The notes below the pieces were generated by a model. It did no database searches. It saw only the letters and a list, made by a program, of their open reading frames with translations, and was not told the origin of the DNA. Made by a program: the position numbers and the translations under genes. From Macrostomum lignano (lineage: Eukaryota), in NCBI GenBank assembly GCA_002269645.1, contig NIVC01000195.1, forward strand, positions 124,001-188,000: DNA of 64,000 bases, read 5' to 3'. This document shows, in pieces, positions 21,861 to 32,304 of this stretch (position 1 is the first letter of the stretch; every line of letters starts with the position of its first letter).

Positions 21861-23359
21861 ATATAGGGTAGCTATCTCATTAGTGTGCCATTCAGATAAG
21901 CAGAAAATAATTTGCACAATACCATTGCGGCATTGGAATAAGACAAATTATTCATATGGTATCATGGGGATAAGCATTGCTATTGGCAATAGCATAATAA
22001 ATAGTAAAAAAAATTGTGCCATTTTGGTATAACAGCATCAAAATCATTAACATTTTGCCATTTTTAATTTCAACATGTCATGGCATGCCTATGACACAAA
22101 AAACCCAGTGTAGGAGAATTTTTAAAAGAGAAAACTCTATTACTTATTTTATTTTTTAGATTCCTAGAAGCACTTGGCCTATACCATAGGCCCTAGGCCT
22201 AGTCTGTTTGACTTTGACTGATTATGAATTTTAATTTGTGATAAATCATTAGTCATGACATGACTTATTGTGATCATCCCAAGACCATTATAATTTCATT
22301 GATTGAATATACATAACATAATGTATTCTTAATTATTCTCTCCATGAAACTTCATAAAGTGAGTCAATTTCATACATGCAATGCAAGTAAATAGAAACAA
22401 AATCTCGAAATCTTGATAAAATCAGTGAATCTAGTATCATGGACATTTAATCAAACAAATAAAATATCGAATCTCAAAATTTACAAAAATTCAACAATAG
22501 GCCTAGAAAGTCTGACCCAAACAACTATGTTATACCAGGCTTACACTTAAACTTAAAGCAAAAACGAAAATATTTCACATAGTGACATAGTCGCATATTT
22601 TGGGTTTTTGTATTGCCTTTTTTACTTAAAGTGAATCAATCATTCTGTTAATCAGGCTAAATAATAATAGACACAGAAATTAAAAATACACACCAGACAA
22701 ATTCTATAAAACAGTAAACTCAAACAAATGTGATAACTTTGAACTCCATGCCCAAGCCTGTCAGAAGTAACAGTATTTTTTACCACTGTGTGATTTTTAT
22801 AAATCTTTTTTAAAACCTTTTAAAGCTTTTTATATCGGAGATCTGCAGAATTCGGGTACCGGTCAAACCGGCAACAAGATGATCCGGTGATAGATGATCA
22901 TGTGTCGCTCGAGTAATGTAGTATTGTACTGCAGTGCAGTATATGCATTCAATTATATCGATAGTATGAAAAAACGTGGTAAAACTAACTGTTCTAAACA
23001 ATGCATTTCTTTTTAAATTAGATTTGAGGTTTATGATTAAAAGCTTAGTGATAAAAAATCACATTTCCAATTTTTTTTCGATCAATGAGTTGTGGGCCAC
23101 CCTTAATGTACATGTACACGCAGCTGCTAAACTAACTGTACTTTAGCGTGTCCATTTGTACACGCACGCTGGAAAGAACTACTACGCACTATCAACAAAT
23201 GCCTATAAGCGCACAGATAAAGAACAACTTTAAGCATAGCCAGCAGTAACTTCGGCATGCCAGCTGGAGCACGCTAGTGCTTTTGCATCTTTGAATGGCT
23301 GTTGAGTCGGGCTTAAAGTTCTATGCCTGAGCTATATGTACATCGAATTGAAGACACGT

Positions 23360-24830
23360 GCACAACGAAACAAACAACAACAAAATACGCGGCCCCGCAT
23401 GCAGCGTCAGTTACAGCAGGGCGCGTCACATGGCGCGCCGCAGAGCCTGGGAGCGCTTCGTTGGCAGTGCCGGGCACCCCAGCGTCGCACAGCAGGCAGT
23501 CCACATATCGACGGGTTCGGGTCTGACCCCGCCTGAATGGGCCCTGCAAGGTGAGCAGCAGGACGTCCTGAACAGGTTGGGGGCAGTAGCCCTCGGCCCG
23601 GATCACGTGGCCCGCTAGTTGAAGTCGCCGCCGGCGCAGGATCGTGGACAGGCGCTGCAGCTTGGCCCGATCGTACAGGGCCTCGGTCCTGACGCTCTCG
23701 TCAGCTCGAAAGGCCGCACGGAGCAGCCCTGAGTGTACCGAGTCCAGCTGCCGCTCTAGCGTAGCCGTCAGCGTAGCCGTAGCCGTTGTAGAGCAGGACG
23801 GTTTCGACCACCGCCGAACCTCAGAGCGCTGTGTCAGCAACCCCAGGAGTGCTACTCGTTGTGGAGAGACTTCCGGGAGAGGGTGAGGTTGCTGGAGAAG
23901 GGGAGTAGTCGATAGTAGGTTCCTACGGTTGATAACAACAACAACAACAACCACGGCCTGTCACAGCCGAGCCCTCTGGCGGTCGGGCAGCGCTTCGGAC
24001 TGGAGGACGGCTTGGATTGAACGGAAGGCCGCACCCTCTGCGCCGCCAGAGGTCCTCCTTCACGTGAGGCCGCTGGGATGCCGGCCGGCACAGTCAGCAC
24101 CTCGGTCACCTCAGCGTGTTGACAACGAGACCGACGCTCGGTGCCACCTCGACCAGCTTGTCGATCTGGCGCTGGGCGCCTTCAACGGACGAGGACAGAA
24201 GGGTGAGGTCGTCGGCGTAGCCAGGCACGCTCAGTCGCTTTTCGCCGTGGCGGCGACCGATGCGTCTGCGCATCAGGAAGCCGTCGTCAGCCGAGGGGAG
24301 TGCGGTCCGAAGCACCCAGTCCAGCAGCAGCACAAAGAGGAACGGCGCCAGCGTGTCGCCCTGCAGAACCACAGCACCTCGAGTGTCGCAATACAGCGCC
24401 ATGACAGCGTCGACCGGCTTCTGGGGTACCTGGTAGGCTCGAAGGACAAAGGGAAGCGCGGCTCTCAACAGCGAGTCAAATGCCTTTCGAAAGTCAACTA
24501 AGACAATGATCAGCGTAGACTGGCGGATGCGCGCCTCCTCGATGACACAGCGGAGTGCGAGGATCTGTGTGGTACGGGTACGGTACGGCTCCAGCACCGA
24601 CTGCAGACGATCGAGCAGCAGCCGGTTGAAGAGCTTCGCGGTGCAGGAAATCAGCGAGATCCCGCAGTGGTCTTCTTTCCGTGTTGTCTTTATCGGGATC
24701 GGCACGATGTGCGCGACGGTCCACTTGGTGGGCCGGCCTGGTGTTTTTCGAGCGAACAGCACAACGTCCTCCGTGGTGACTGGTCTGGTGCAGAGTTCCT
24801 CCTCAGCTGGGAGCGGCGTGTCCAGTGGGA
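23360..24830 (-). mobile_element. Degenerate RTE-clade non-LTR retrotransposon fragment
   Basis: RT motifs GISLIS.TAKLFNR, VDFRKAFDS, LQGDTLAPFLF, YADD (ORF 24106-24762). RTE-like C-terminus RRRRLQLAGHVIR...RRG...YVD. (TTG)n-like tail near 23365-23385. Boundaries approximate. Confidence 0.8.
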
Positions 24831-25042
24831 GCGCACACTCATAACTTCAACTCGAAGCAATAGAGAGCGATAGCGACGGAATATAAAAAAGAATATTGGC
24901 CTTCAAGCAAAATGAGTTTTGCATCGGTCATCTGTTTACTACTGCTTAATATCAGGTATAATATTTCTGTTTAAAGGAATTCCATGCGATGATATACAAG
25001 CTCGTACATATAAGGAAATGTTAAAATATCAACTCAAAGCTC

Positions 25043-26626
25043 TTAAAAGTCCACGACTATCACGAAGCAGCAGGAGTCGCTCGCGCGCTCAGCCGCGCAG
25101 ACTCCTCTCGGACACGGACACGAAGACGCCGCCGCACCTCGCCGAGCGGCCGCTGTTCCACGCGTAGCTCGCCGCCTTGGCCAGCCGGGGCCGCAGGCTC
25201 GCGGAGAAGCGCCGGCCACCCTGGCGAACACCCGCATGCCCTGGCGCAGCACCCGCTCCAGTTGGGCCCGGACAGCCGGCCGGCCAGCCAGGAGGCTCTT
25301 CACGCTGACCACCGGCAGGCCGCGGCGTCTGCTGCTGCCGGCCGAGAGGACGCGGCCGAACAGCGGGAAGCGCCGGGCGCCGGGCCGCGGCTGCACGGCG
25401 AGCTCCACGACTTGCTGGCCGCCACCGCCGCCGCGGCTGAACAGCGACTTGCGCACCGAGCCGCTTCCAAAGCGTTGCCATGACAACCGGGACACACTTC
25501 CGGGCTGACCGACCAAGCGCCAGGGAGACCAGGTGAGAGCGGCCAGCCCAGCGGGCAGGTGCCTGTCGGAGCAGGTCTCCCGGCGAGTTCGGACCGCCCT
25601 TGCAGCCCGCGCCCGCGAAATTCTCGCAGCTGCCATGATGGACTTCGTGACGGTCTTCGTGACGGGCTTCGTGACGGGCTTTGTGACAAGCTTCGTGACG
25701 GGCTTCTTGACGGGCTTCGTGAAGGGCTTCGTGACGGGCTTCGTGACGGTCTTCGTGACGGGCTTCGTGACGGGCTTCGTGACGGGCTTCGTGACCGACT
25801 TCTTCGCCTTTCCTGAAGTTCCGGCGGTCACCGCCTTGGCAGTCTTTGTTCGCCTCGCCGCAGTCTTTGTCCCAGTGGCTGCCCCGGACGGGTCGGCGGC
25901 GACGCTGCTGGCCGCCAGGGTGGCCGCCGACGAGCGGCGCACGAGGCCCAGCATGGCGCTCACGTCGCCGGCCAGCGCGGCGCCGTCCCTGGCGCGCACC
26001 TCGCGCTCGTAGCCGTCGCGAAGGATGTCGGTGCCGCCCTCCCGGTAGGCGATGGCCATGAGGAAGTCGCGAACGCCCCGGAACTCAGCCAGGGGGAGCC
26101 GCAGGCCGCCGGTCACCTTGGCGACGTGGTCCATGAAGCTCTGCGAGTTCCTGCTGCTGCCGCACTGCACGCAGTACACTGTGACTCCCAGCTGGTGCAG
26201 CAACTCGGTCTCCGCCTTCCAGTCGATCTTGTACTTGTTCCTGGCGCTGCCCACCTCGTGCGGGAAGGCGTCGCCGACAAGCACCAGAGCGCGGCTGCTG
26301 TGCGGGCGCCAGCTGAGGCGGGTGCGGGCCTGCTGCAGCACCAGCTCGTAGCACTCGGGCTCGTCCCCGCCGTGCGTGCCCTGCACAGTCTTGGCGAACC
26401 GCACCAGGTCCGCTGTGGAGGTGCCGAAGTCGCGGATCTCCGTCTCGTACCTGTCCCCGTAGTCTCCGTGAGCGATGAGGGCCACGCTCAGGTCCGGGAT
26501 GTCGGTGGCGAGCCGCTGCAGCATCTCGGCGATGTTGCTGCGCACCTCGTTGATGACGGAGCCCATTGAGCCGGTCGTGTCGAAAGAGAAGGCCAAGTCC
26601 AGCGGCTGAGCTCCAGGGAGTGCCAT
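25043..26626 (-). CDS. Intronless vWA-domain protein with Lys/Thr repeats and an ET/GIY-YIG-like C-terminal domain (probable frameshift near 25215)
   Basis: vWA motifs DLAFSFDTTGSM, GDY.D, GGDEPECYE, LVLVGDAFPH; (KPVT)n repeat; C-terminal RRETC...WSPW...VVELAV...RVFARV. YAWN lies in another frame that ends at 25089. TATA box upstream. Confidence 0.85.
   Translation of the reverse strand: MALPGAQPLDLAFSFDTTGSMGSVINEVRSNIAEMLQRLATDIPDLSVALIAHGDYGDRYETEIRDFGTSTADLVRFAKTVQGTHGGDEPECYELVLQQARTRLSWRPHSSRALVLVGDAFPHEVGSARNKYKIDWKAETELLHQLGVTVYCVQCGSSRNSQSFMDHVAKVTGGLRLPLAEFRGVRDFLMAIAYREGGTDILRDGYEREVRARDGAALAGDVSAMLGLVRRSSAATLAASSVAADPSGAATGTKTAARRTKTAKAVTAGTSGKAKKSVTKPVTKPVTKPVTKTVTKPVTKPFTKPVKKPVTKLVTKPVTKPVTKTVTKSIMAAARISRARAARAVRTRRETCSDRHLPAGLAALTWSPWRLVGQPGSVSRLSWQRFGSGSVRKSLFSRGGGGGQQVVELAVQPRPGARRFPLFGRVLSAGSSRRRGLPVVSVKSLLAGRPAVRAQLERVLRQGMRVFARVAGASPRACGPGWPRRRATRGTAAARRGAAASSCPCPRGVCAAERASDSCCFVIVVDF
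25645..25800. repeat. 12-bp coding repeat encoding (KPVT)n
   Basis: (CTTCGTGACGGG)n, ~13 copies, in frame in the vWA ORF. Confidence 0.9.
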
Positions 26627-26717
26627 GTGTTTATTGAGAAAGCGTTCGGTTCAGAGTCAGAAGCTTGGCAAGGTTTTGCTCTGTGTCTGAGCAGCTGGTC
26701 GGAGTCCGGAGGCTCGC

Positions 26718-26724
26718 TTATATA
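26718..26724 (-). promoter_or_regulatory. Candidate TATA box of the vWA gene
   Basis: TATATAA on the minus strand in GC-rich context, ~92 bp upstream of the ATG. Confidence 0.55.
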
Positions 26725-27087
26725 GACTTTTACAGCACGGGCACCGCGTGTGGCGACACGCCGACTCAGTTTCTCTGCCTTCCTCCCTGATTGAACTCAA
26801 CCCGCCCCGAAGCTAAAAATAGAGAAGCGGTGAGCCCCGCTGCCAGAGGTAGGGTTGGGGCTGTACTCGGCTGCAGGCCTGCAGTACGCCTGTTGAACGG
26901 GCTTTTTTCTTTGCAAAGAAAGTGCAGGCAAAGCCAAAATCTTACCGCGTGTGGCCACAAGCGCGGTGACCACATTAGGCACAAAAATGAGTTTATTATA
27001 GAAACGCATTAAGTATGCATTGAATAAAACAAAGGTTGAACAAAGGTTTAGCTTGAAGCGACTTGAGAAGCAGCTATAGATAGTATA

Positions 27088-27195
27088 TTAATACCCATGC
27101 TTTAAGGGCGTGAATGAGAAATTCTGATTTCTCTGATTTCTCAGAAAAAGGCGCCCTCTGATTTCTCATTTATGCCCGCAAAGCATGGGTATTAA
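27088..27195. mobile_element. 108-bp hairpin mini-MITE with TTAA ends
   Basis: TTAATACCCATGCTT ... AAGCATGGGTATTAA is perfect; the imperfect inverted match extends to ~35-40 bp. Confidence 0.6.
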
Positions 27196-27364
27196 TGAGA
27201 TTGTGCCATAGACATTTTTGCCTTGGCAAGGCTGCGAGAGAAAAAATAAAAGAGCAGGGAAAGTGGCGGTGTGGGGGCGAAAATATGAGAAACAGGGCCG
27301 TTTTTTTATTAAAGTTATAAAAATATTATAGAACATAGCGTCCTTTTACTTCAGCTGTCCATGG

Positions 27365-27958
27365 TCAGCATTCCAAGGAGGCCAGCTCGGCCTCCGCCTT
27401 CGGCTTCTCTTCTTCTTTTTGTTGTTTCTGCTTCTTGCAGAGGTAGCAGCAGCAGGCGGTGATGAGGACGCCGCAGCCGGTGCAGAAGGCGATGGAGAAG
27501 TTGAGCACCAGCAGGGCGATGCGCATGAGCAGGGTGAACCTGGCGAACAAGAACATGGGCTTGTGGCAGTAGCTGCCTGCGCTGGCGGGGATGGTGGTTG
27601 CGTTGCCAACGGGCGGCACCAAGGGCGACTCCGGCAGGGTGAACACCGGGTCGGTGCCGAAGACCCAGACGCAGCCGCAGATGAACCAGATGACGACGAA
27701 CAGGTCCAGCAGCAGCAGCAGGCATCCGCAGCAGGTGACTTCATCGCGTTCTTCCCGCCGGCTCCGGTTCGTCAGCAGGCTGGCCAGGTTGCTCACGGTC
27801 AGGACGATGCCAGTGCAGCCGGCCACCACCAGGTAGACGGGCACCTTCGGCTGGGCTGGACAGTCGTACAGGTACATGGAGCCGACGACGATCTCGGCGA
27901 CGCTGAGGCCCACGTCAGCCAGGATCAGGCAGAAGATGACAAAATTTCTGCAGCTCAT
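27365..27958 (-). CDS. TMEM272: Intronless TMEM272-like membrane protein, 197 aa
   Basis: Four hydrophobic helices with family motifs IVVGSMYLYDCPAQPKVPVYLVVAG, WFICGCVWVF, YCHKPMFLFA. AATAAA at 27305-27310 (minus). Confidence 0.82.
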   Translation of the reverse strand: MSCRNFVIFCLILADVGLSVAEIVVGSMYLYDCPAQPKVPVYLVVAGCTGIVLTVSNLASLLTNRSRREERDEVTCCGCLLLLLDLFVVIWFICGCVWVFGTDPVFTLPESPLVPPVGNATTIPASAGSYCHKPMFLFARFTLLMRIALLVLNFSIAFCTGCGVLITACCCYLCKKQKQQKEEEKPKAEAELASLEC

Positions 27959-28024
27959 GGCGGCGGCGGGAGGCGGGCAGGTGGGGCTGCTTCACACTTG
28001 CAGCCGCTGCGCCCTTTGCGGCCC

Positions 28025-28031
28025 TTTTATA
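28025..28031 (-). promoter_or_regulatory. Candidate TATA box of the TMEM272-like gene
   Basis: GCGTATAAAAGGG on the minus strand, ~67 bp upstream of the ATG. Confidence 0.6.
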
Positions 28032-28304
28032 CGCGCCCTGATGCGAAATACCAGAGATAAACTTTTTTCAGAATTCGAACTGGAGAGATTTCTGTGCACT
28101 GTCTGACCCCGCTTGGCTTGGCTGGACTTTGGACCGAGCGGCGCCTTCAACTGCCGGCCCCACCGACCGATGCTGCACTTTTGTGCTTCTTTTTTTCACG
28201 CGGCTCGATCGATATCCTATCAAAAAGTGCCACTTCTGCGACTCTATATTATTATTTTTCGTGCATAGATACTATTTATTTGTATATATTTCGTGAATTT
28301 TTAC

Positions 28305-28568
28305 GGGGTTGTAGCCTAGTGGTTAGAGCGTCGGACTCACGACTTGAAGGTCGGGGGTTCGATTCCTAACCCACCGGAACAATTTGTGTCCTTGAGCAAG
28401 ACACTTAACTCTGCATTGCTTCAGTTCACCCAGCTGTAAAATGGGTGCCAGCATAATTAGCTGGGGTAATTGCGGTGTGTGGCGACCGCTGCGGCTGATC
28501 GAGAGCTGTCGGTTGCACATCTGCCCATTGGGGCAGGTGTGATCAATTTATTCAATTATTATTAATTA
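28305..28568 (+). mobile_element. tRNA-derived CORE-type SINE, fuller copy
   Basis: A box TAGCCTAGTGG, B box GGTTCGATTCC. CORE-like TGTGTCCTTGAGCAAGACACTTAAC...CAGCTGTAAAATGGG (compare the MIR core). 3' hairpin CACATCTGCCC-ATTG-GGGCAGGTGTG and AT-rich tail. Confidence 0.88.
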
Positions 28569-28789
28569 GTTGCAAAAAACAGCTTGCTGCCCGTCTAACA
28601 CGAAATAAATTAAAAAATATGAAAACAATGTTGAATACGAGTATTGCAGTTGCAGTTGAGTAGCAAAGTAAGAGAGCTATAATCCGCTCCAATATATACT
28701 CAGCAACATTGAAAAGTCGCCATCACGAGATTCCGTCTGTGCTAGCCACTTTTGAATTTTGCGAACGACGCAACTTTCGCTACGCCATG

Positions 28790-29729
28790 CGGGAGACTTC
28801 CATGTAGGTTGAGGAATGGAGTGGGGGTGTGTGCACGCGGGAGACTTCCATGTAGGGTGAGGAATGGAGTGGGGGTGTGTGCACGCGGGAGACTTCCATG
28901 TGGTTGAGGAATGGAGTGGGGGGGTGTGCACGCGGGAGACTTCCATGTAGGGTGAGGAATGGAGTGGGGGTGTGTGCACGCGGGAGACTTCCATGTGGTT
29001 GAGGAATGGAGTGGGGGTGTGTGCACGCGGGAGACTTCCATGTAGGTTGAGGAATGGAGTGGGGGTGTGTACACGCGGGAGACTTCCATGTGGTTGAGGA
29101 ATGGAGTGGGGGGTGTGCACGCGGGAGACTTCCATGTAGGGTGAGGAATGGAGTGGGGGTGTGTGCACGCGGGAGACTTCCATGTGGTTGAGGAATGGAG
29201 TGGGGGTGTGTGCACGCGGGAGACTTCCATGTAGGTTGAGGAATGGAGTGGGGGTGTGTGCACGCGGGAGACTTCCATGTGGTTGAGGAATGGAGTGGGG
29301 GTGTGTACACGTGGGAGACTTCCATGTAGGTTGAGGAATGGAGTGGGGTGTGTACACGCGGGAGACTTCCATGTAGGTTGAGGAATGGAGTGGGGGGTGT
29401 GTGCACGCGGGAGACTTCCATGTGGTTGAGGAATGGAGTGGGGGTGTGTGCACGCGGGAGACTTCCATGTGGTTGAGGAATGGAGTGGGGGTGTGTACAC
29501 GCGGGAGACTTCCATGTAGGTTGAGGAATGGAGTGGGGTGTGTACACGCGGGAGACTTCCATGTAGGTTGAGGAATGGAGTGGGGGTGTGTGCACGCGGG
29601 AGACTTCCATGTAGGTTGAGGAATGGAGTGGGGGTGTGTGCACGCGGGAGACTTCCATGTGGTTGAGGAATGGAGTGGGGGTGTGTACACGCGGGAGACT
29701 TCCATGTGGTTGAGGAATGGAGTGGGGGT
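28790..29729. repeat. 47-48-bp minisatellite, ~20 copies
   Basis: Unit GGGAGACTTCCATGT(A)GGTTGAGGAATGGAGTGGGGGTGTGTGCACGC. Confidence 0.96.
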
Positions 29730-30679
29730 TGCGAGGGTTGGACGGATTAAAGCTACCCCCCAGTTTTCTTGTATCTTTTACGAGTAACTTTTAAGGCATA
29801 TGATTTTTTAAACACACATTAAACACTCGTAGAAGCAAGCAAAAGTGACACTACTTCTGGGACCCTTCGTATTTCGGAATAGTCCAAGAGAAATTGCTTA
29901 CTGGCGCATAGAGTGGCGACTTCTCAATGCTGGCTGGTCCGCCAGGAAACATCGTGTATAAAAACCTACAAATCGATAAATTAAAATACGGACGTACAAC
30001 AGAAATACCTAGCTTAAATTATACTGAATTTTTATTTGATATACTTTACTAACAGTAGAAATATAAGAAATATACGCTAATAAAAAATAAATAAATATAT
30101 GTCAAATACACGTACTCTAACTAATCAAATATTGTAGTCACTACACCAACGATGATTTCTCAAAAAATACTAAAAATTCTGACGCACGCAGTGAACGGTT
30201 GAAAAAATTTCCTAGAAATCCGATAGAGCTTTTAACGGGTGCAGGCTATTCTTGATACTGAAGACGGCCTCATTTTAGGTACAAAATCAGTATTTTACAC
30301 AGGCCCTGTTGGTATATTGACTTCATGTACTACAAGGCCTATTTCGTATTCAGGCCTCATATCGTACAGTGGTCTCATTTGGTACACATGGCTGATTTAC
30401 TAACCAGGCCTCAGTTGGTAGAGGGGCGAAATTTACACGTAGTAATCAGGCCTCATAGCGTAAAAGCTGCCTCGTTGGGTACCCAGCCTCCTTGTGCAGC
30501 AGTCAGTGAGTCAGTGAAAACGAAATGCAGTTTCCCATCCAGATGCGCTGACTGAAAGTCCATGGCTGGGGAATTGAAGTCGGCTTCAGCCAATCCAATA
30601 CAGGGGAGACCCTCAGCTGCTGCTTACAAAACGGCAGCCACCGCAGGACTGCAGCTCCGGTGCAGACGAACTGAGCAGC

Positions 30680-30979
30680 ATGTCTGAGCCGCTATTGAAG
30701 AATGACTCGAACCATTGGCCTTTGATCTTGCCGCCGCAGCCGCCACCACCGACCGTGGCGCCCGCAGCCTCCCTGATGCCGCTGCTGGCCTGCAGCCTCA
30801 CAGCCGCCTGCCTGCTGGCCCTGACGCTCCTCGCCTGCGGTCTGCTGCTCCGGGCCGAGGCCGTGCGGCGCCGAGGTCGCGCTGGCCGGGACGGCGTGGA
30901 GGACGAAAACGAAGGCGAGCTGGGGGCCGCCGCGGCCGCCATGCAGTTCGCCATGTTCGGGTCGCTGACTGGCGACTGA
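30680..30979 (+). CDS. Possible 99-aa single-pass membrane protein
   Basis: GC-rich ORF with one hydrophobic helix (LLACSLTAACLLALTLLACGLLL) followed by a basic stretch. No recognisable homology. Confidence 0.4.
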   Translation: MSEPLLKNDSNHWPLILPPQPPPPTVAPAASLMPLLACSLTAACLLALTLLACGLLLRAEAVRRRGRAGRDGVEDENEGELGAAAAAMQFAMFGSLTGD

Positions 30980-31064
30980 CTGATGAGGAGTGAGGCTGCG
31001 CTTGGATTGCGGCAGCTTGAGCAGACTCTTCGTGGCCTGGCTCGGTGCGCTCTTGTGGCGCGGG

Positions 31065-31610
31065 GACTCAAGCTGTGGTTTGACTCTTGCTGTGAGCTGT
31101 GAGCTGTGGCTTGACTCTTGCTGTGAGCTGTGGTTTGACTGTTGCTGCTGTGAGCTGTGGTTTGACTGTTGCTGCTGTGAGCTGTGGTTTGACTGTTGCT
31201 GCTTTGAGCTGTGAATTGACTCTTGCTGTGAGCTGTGGTTTGACTGTTGCTGCTGTGAGCTGTGAATTGACTCTTGCTGTGAGCTGTGGTTTGACTCTTG
31301 CTGTGAGCTGTGGTTTGACTGTTGCTGCTGTGAGCTGTGAATTGACTCTTGCTGTGAGCTGTGGTTTGACTCTTGCTGTGAGCTGTGGCTTGACTGTTGC
31401 TGCTGTGAGCTGTGGTTTGACTGTTGCTGCTGTGAGCTGTGGTTTGACTCTTGCTGTGAGCTGTGGCTTGACTGTTGCTGCTGTGAGCTGTGGTTTGACT
31501 GTTGCTGCTGTGAGCTGTGGTTTGACTCTTGCTGTGAGCTGTGGCTTGACTGTTGCTGCTGTGAGCTGTGGTTTGACTGTTGCTGCTGTGAGCTGTGGAC
31601 TGTGAGCTGC
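31065..31610. repeat. 24/27-bp minisatellite, ~21 copies
   Basis: Units GCTGTGGTTTGACTGTTGCTGCTGTGA and GCTGTGGTTTGACTCTTGCTGTGA. Confidence 0.95.
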
Positions 31611-32304
31611 ATTGTGGACACATGTGAAGAAACTGTTGTGAACAATATTAAGAAACATAGATTGTAAATTTCCTTTTCAAAATATTTTTAAAGTTAACGA
31701 AAGCAAAAAGAGGGTATTCACATAAAATGTTATAATAAATGCATAAGCAGATTATACAGATTTCTCGTGCTGGTCACATGAAAATGTTACGCAATTCAAA
31801 AGATTTGCCTTGAAGCCAGCCCCCAATGCACAGAGTGTACATGCCTATCAATGAGAAAGAGCACCGCTTGTACATCCTGCGTGAGTGCAAGCCTGCATAC
31901 GCATCCGTGTGCCGTGCTCACAGGCCAGCGCAATGAGCATGCCTGCTTGCCTCCTCGCTGGTGTGCTCGAGGCCCCTACGGACTAACTGAGCTGGAAAAG
32001 TCCCAGAGCCAGAGCTGGGCCGGTTATTCAAACTCAAAGGCTGCATGCAGACAGGAAGGAAGATGGGAAGATCAGCAAGGCACTGCCAGAGCTCAGTCTG
32101 TTAGCTCAAACCGCAAGCGCAGAGTCTTGAGCAAACAGTAGCCTTGGCTAAGCTGAGACCACAGCCAACTTCACCCAAACTCTCTCACAGGGAGTTGAAC
32201 TCAGCCTGTGACAGGCGAGGCCCCGAGACTGCAAGAATTAAGTGATGCTGCGAAATACAAGAAGTAACTGCAACGTGCAATCGAAAGCACATTTGCCTAT
32301 GAAA

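Noticed and set aside
18700-22120. Patchy direct and inverted similarities in AT-rich DNA (e.g. GCAATGCTTATCCC near 19017 and 21965)
   Set aside because: Probably decayed repeats; no boundaries or TSD could be defined.
23040-23106. Kolobok/piggyBac-like terminus ...GGGCCACCC-TTAA
   Set aside because: No matching opposite terminus was found in the window.
28305-28380. tRNA-like cloverleaf (CAC in the anticodon loop)
   Set aside because: It runs straight into a CORE domain and SINE tail, and a second deleted copy exists. It is a SINE head, not a tRNA gene.
28790-29729. NF-kB-like GGGAGACTTCC in each unit
   Set aside because: It does not fit the 10-bp kB consensus exactly, and nothing else supports it.
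28701-29935. Inverted pair CATTGA(A/G)AAGTCGCCA flanking the 48-bp array
   Set aside because: Short and imperfect with no TSD; it may be two separate TE remnants.
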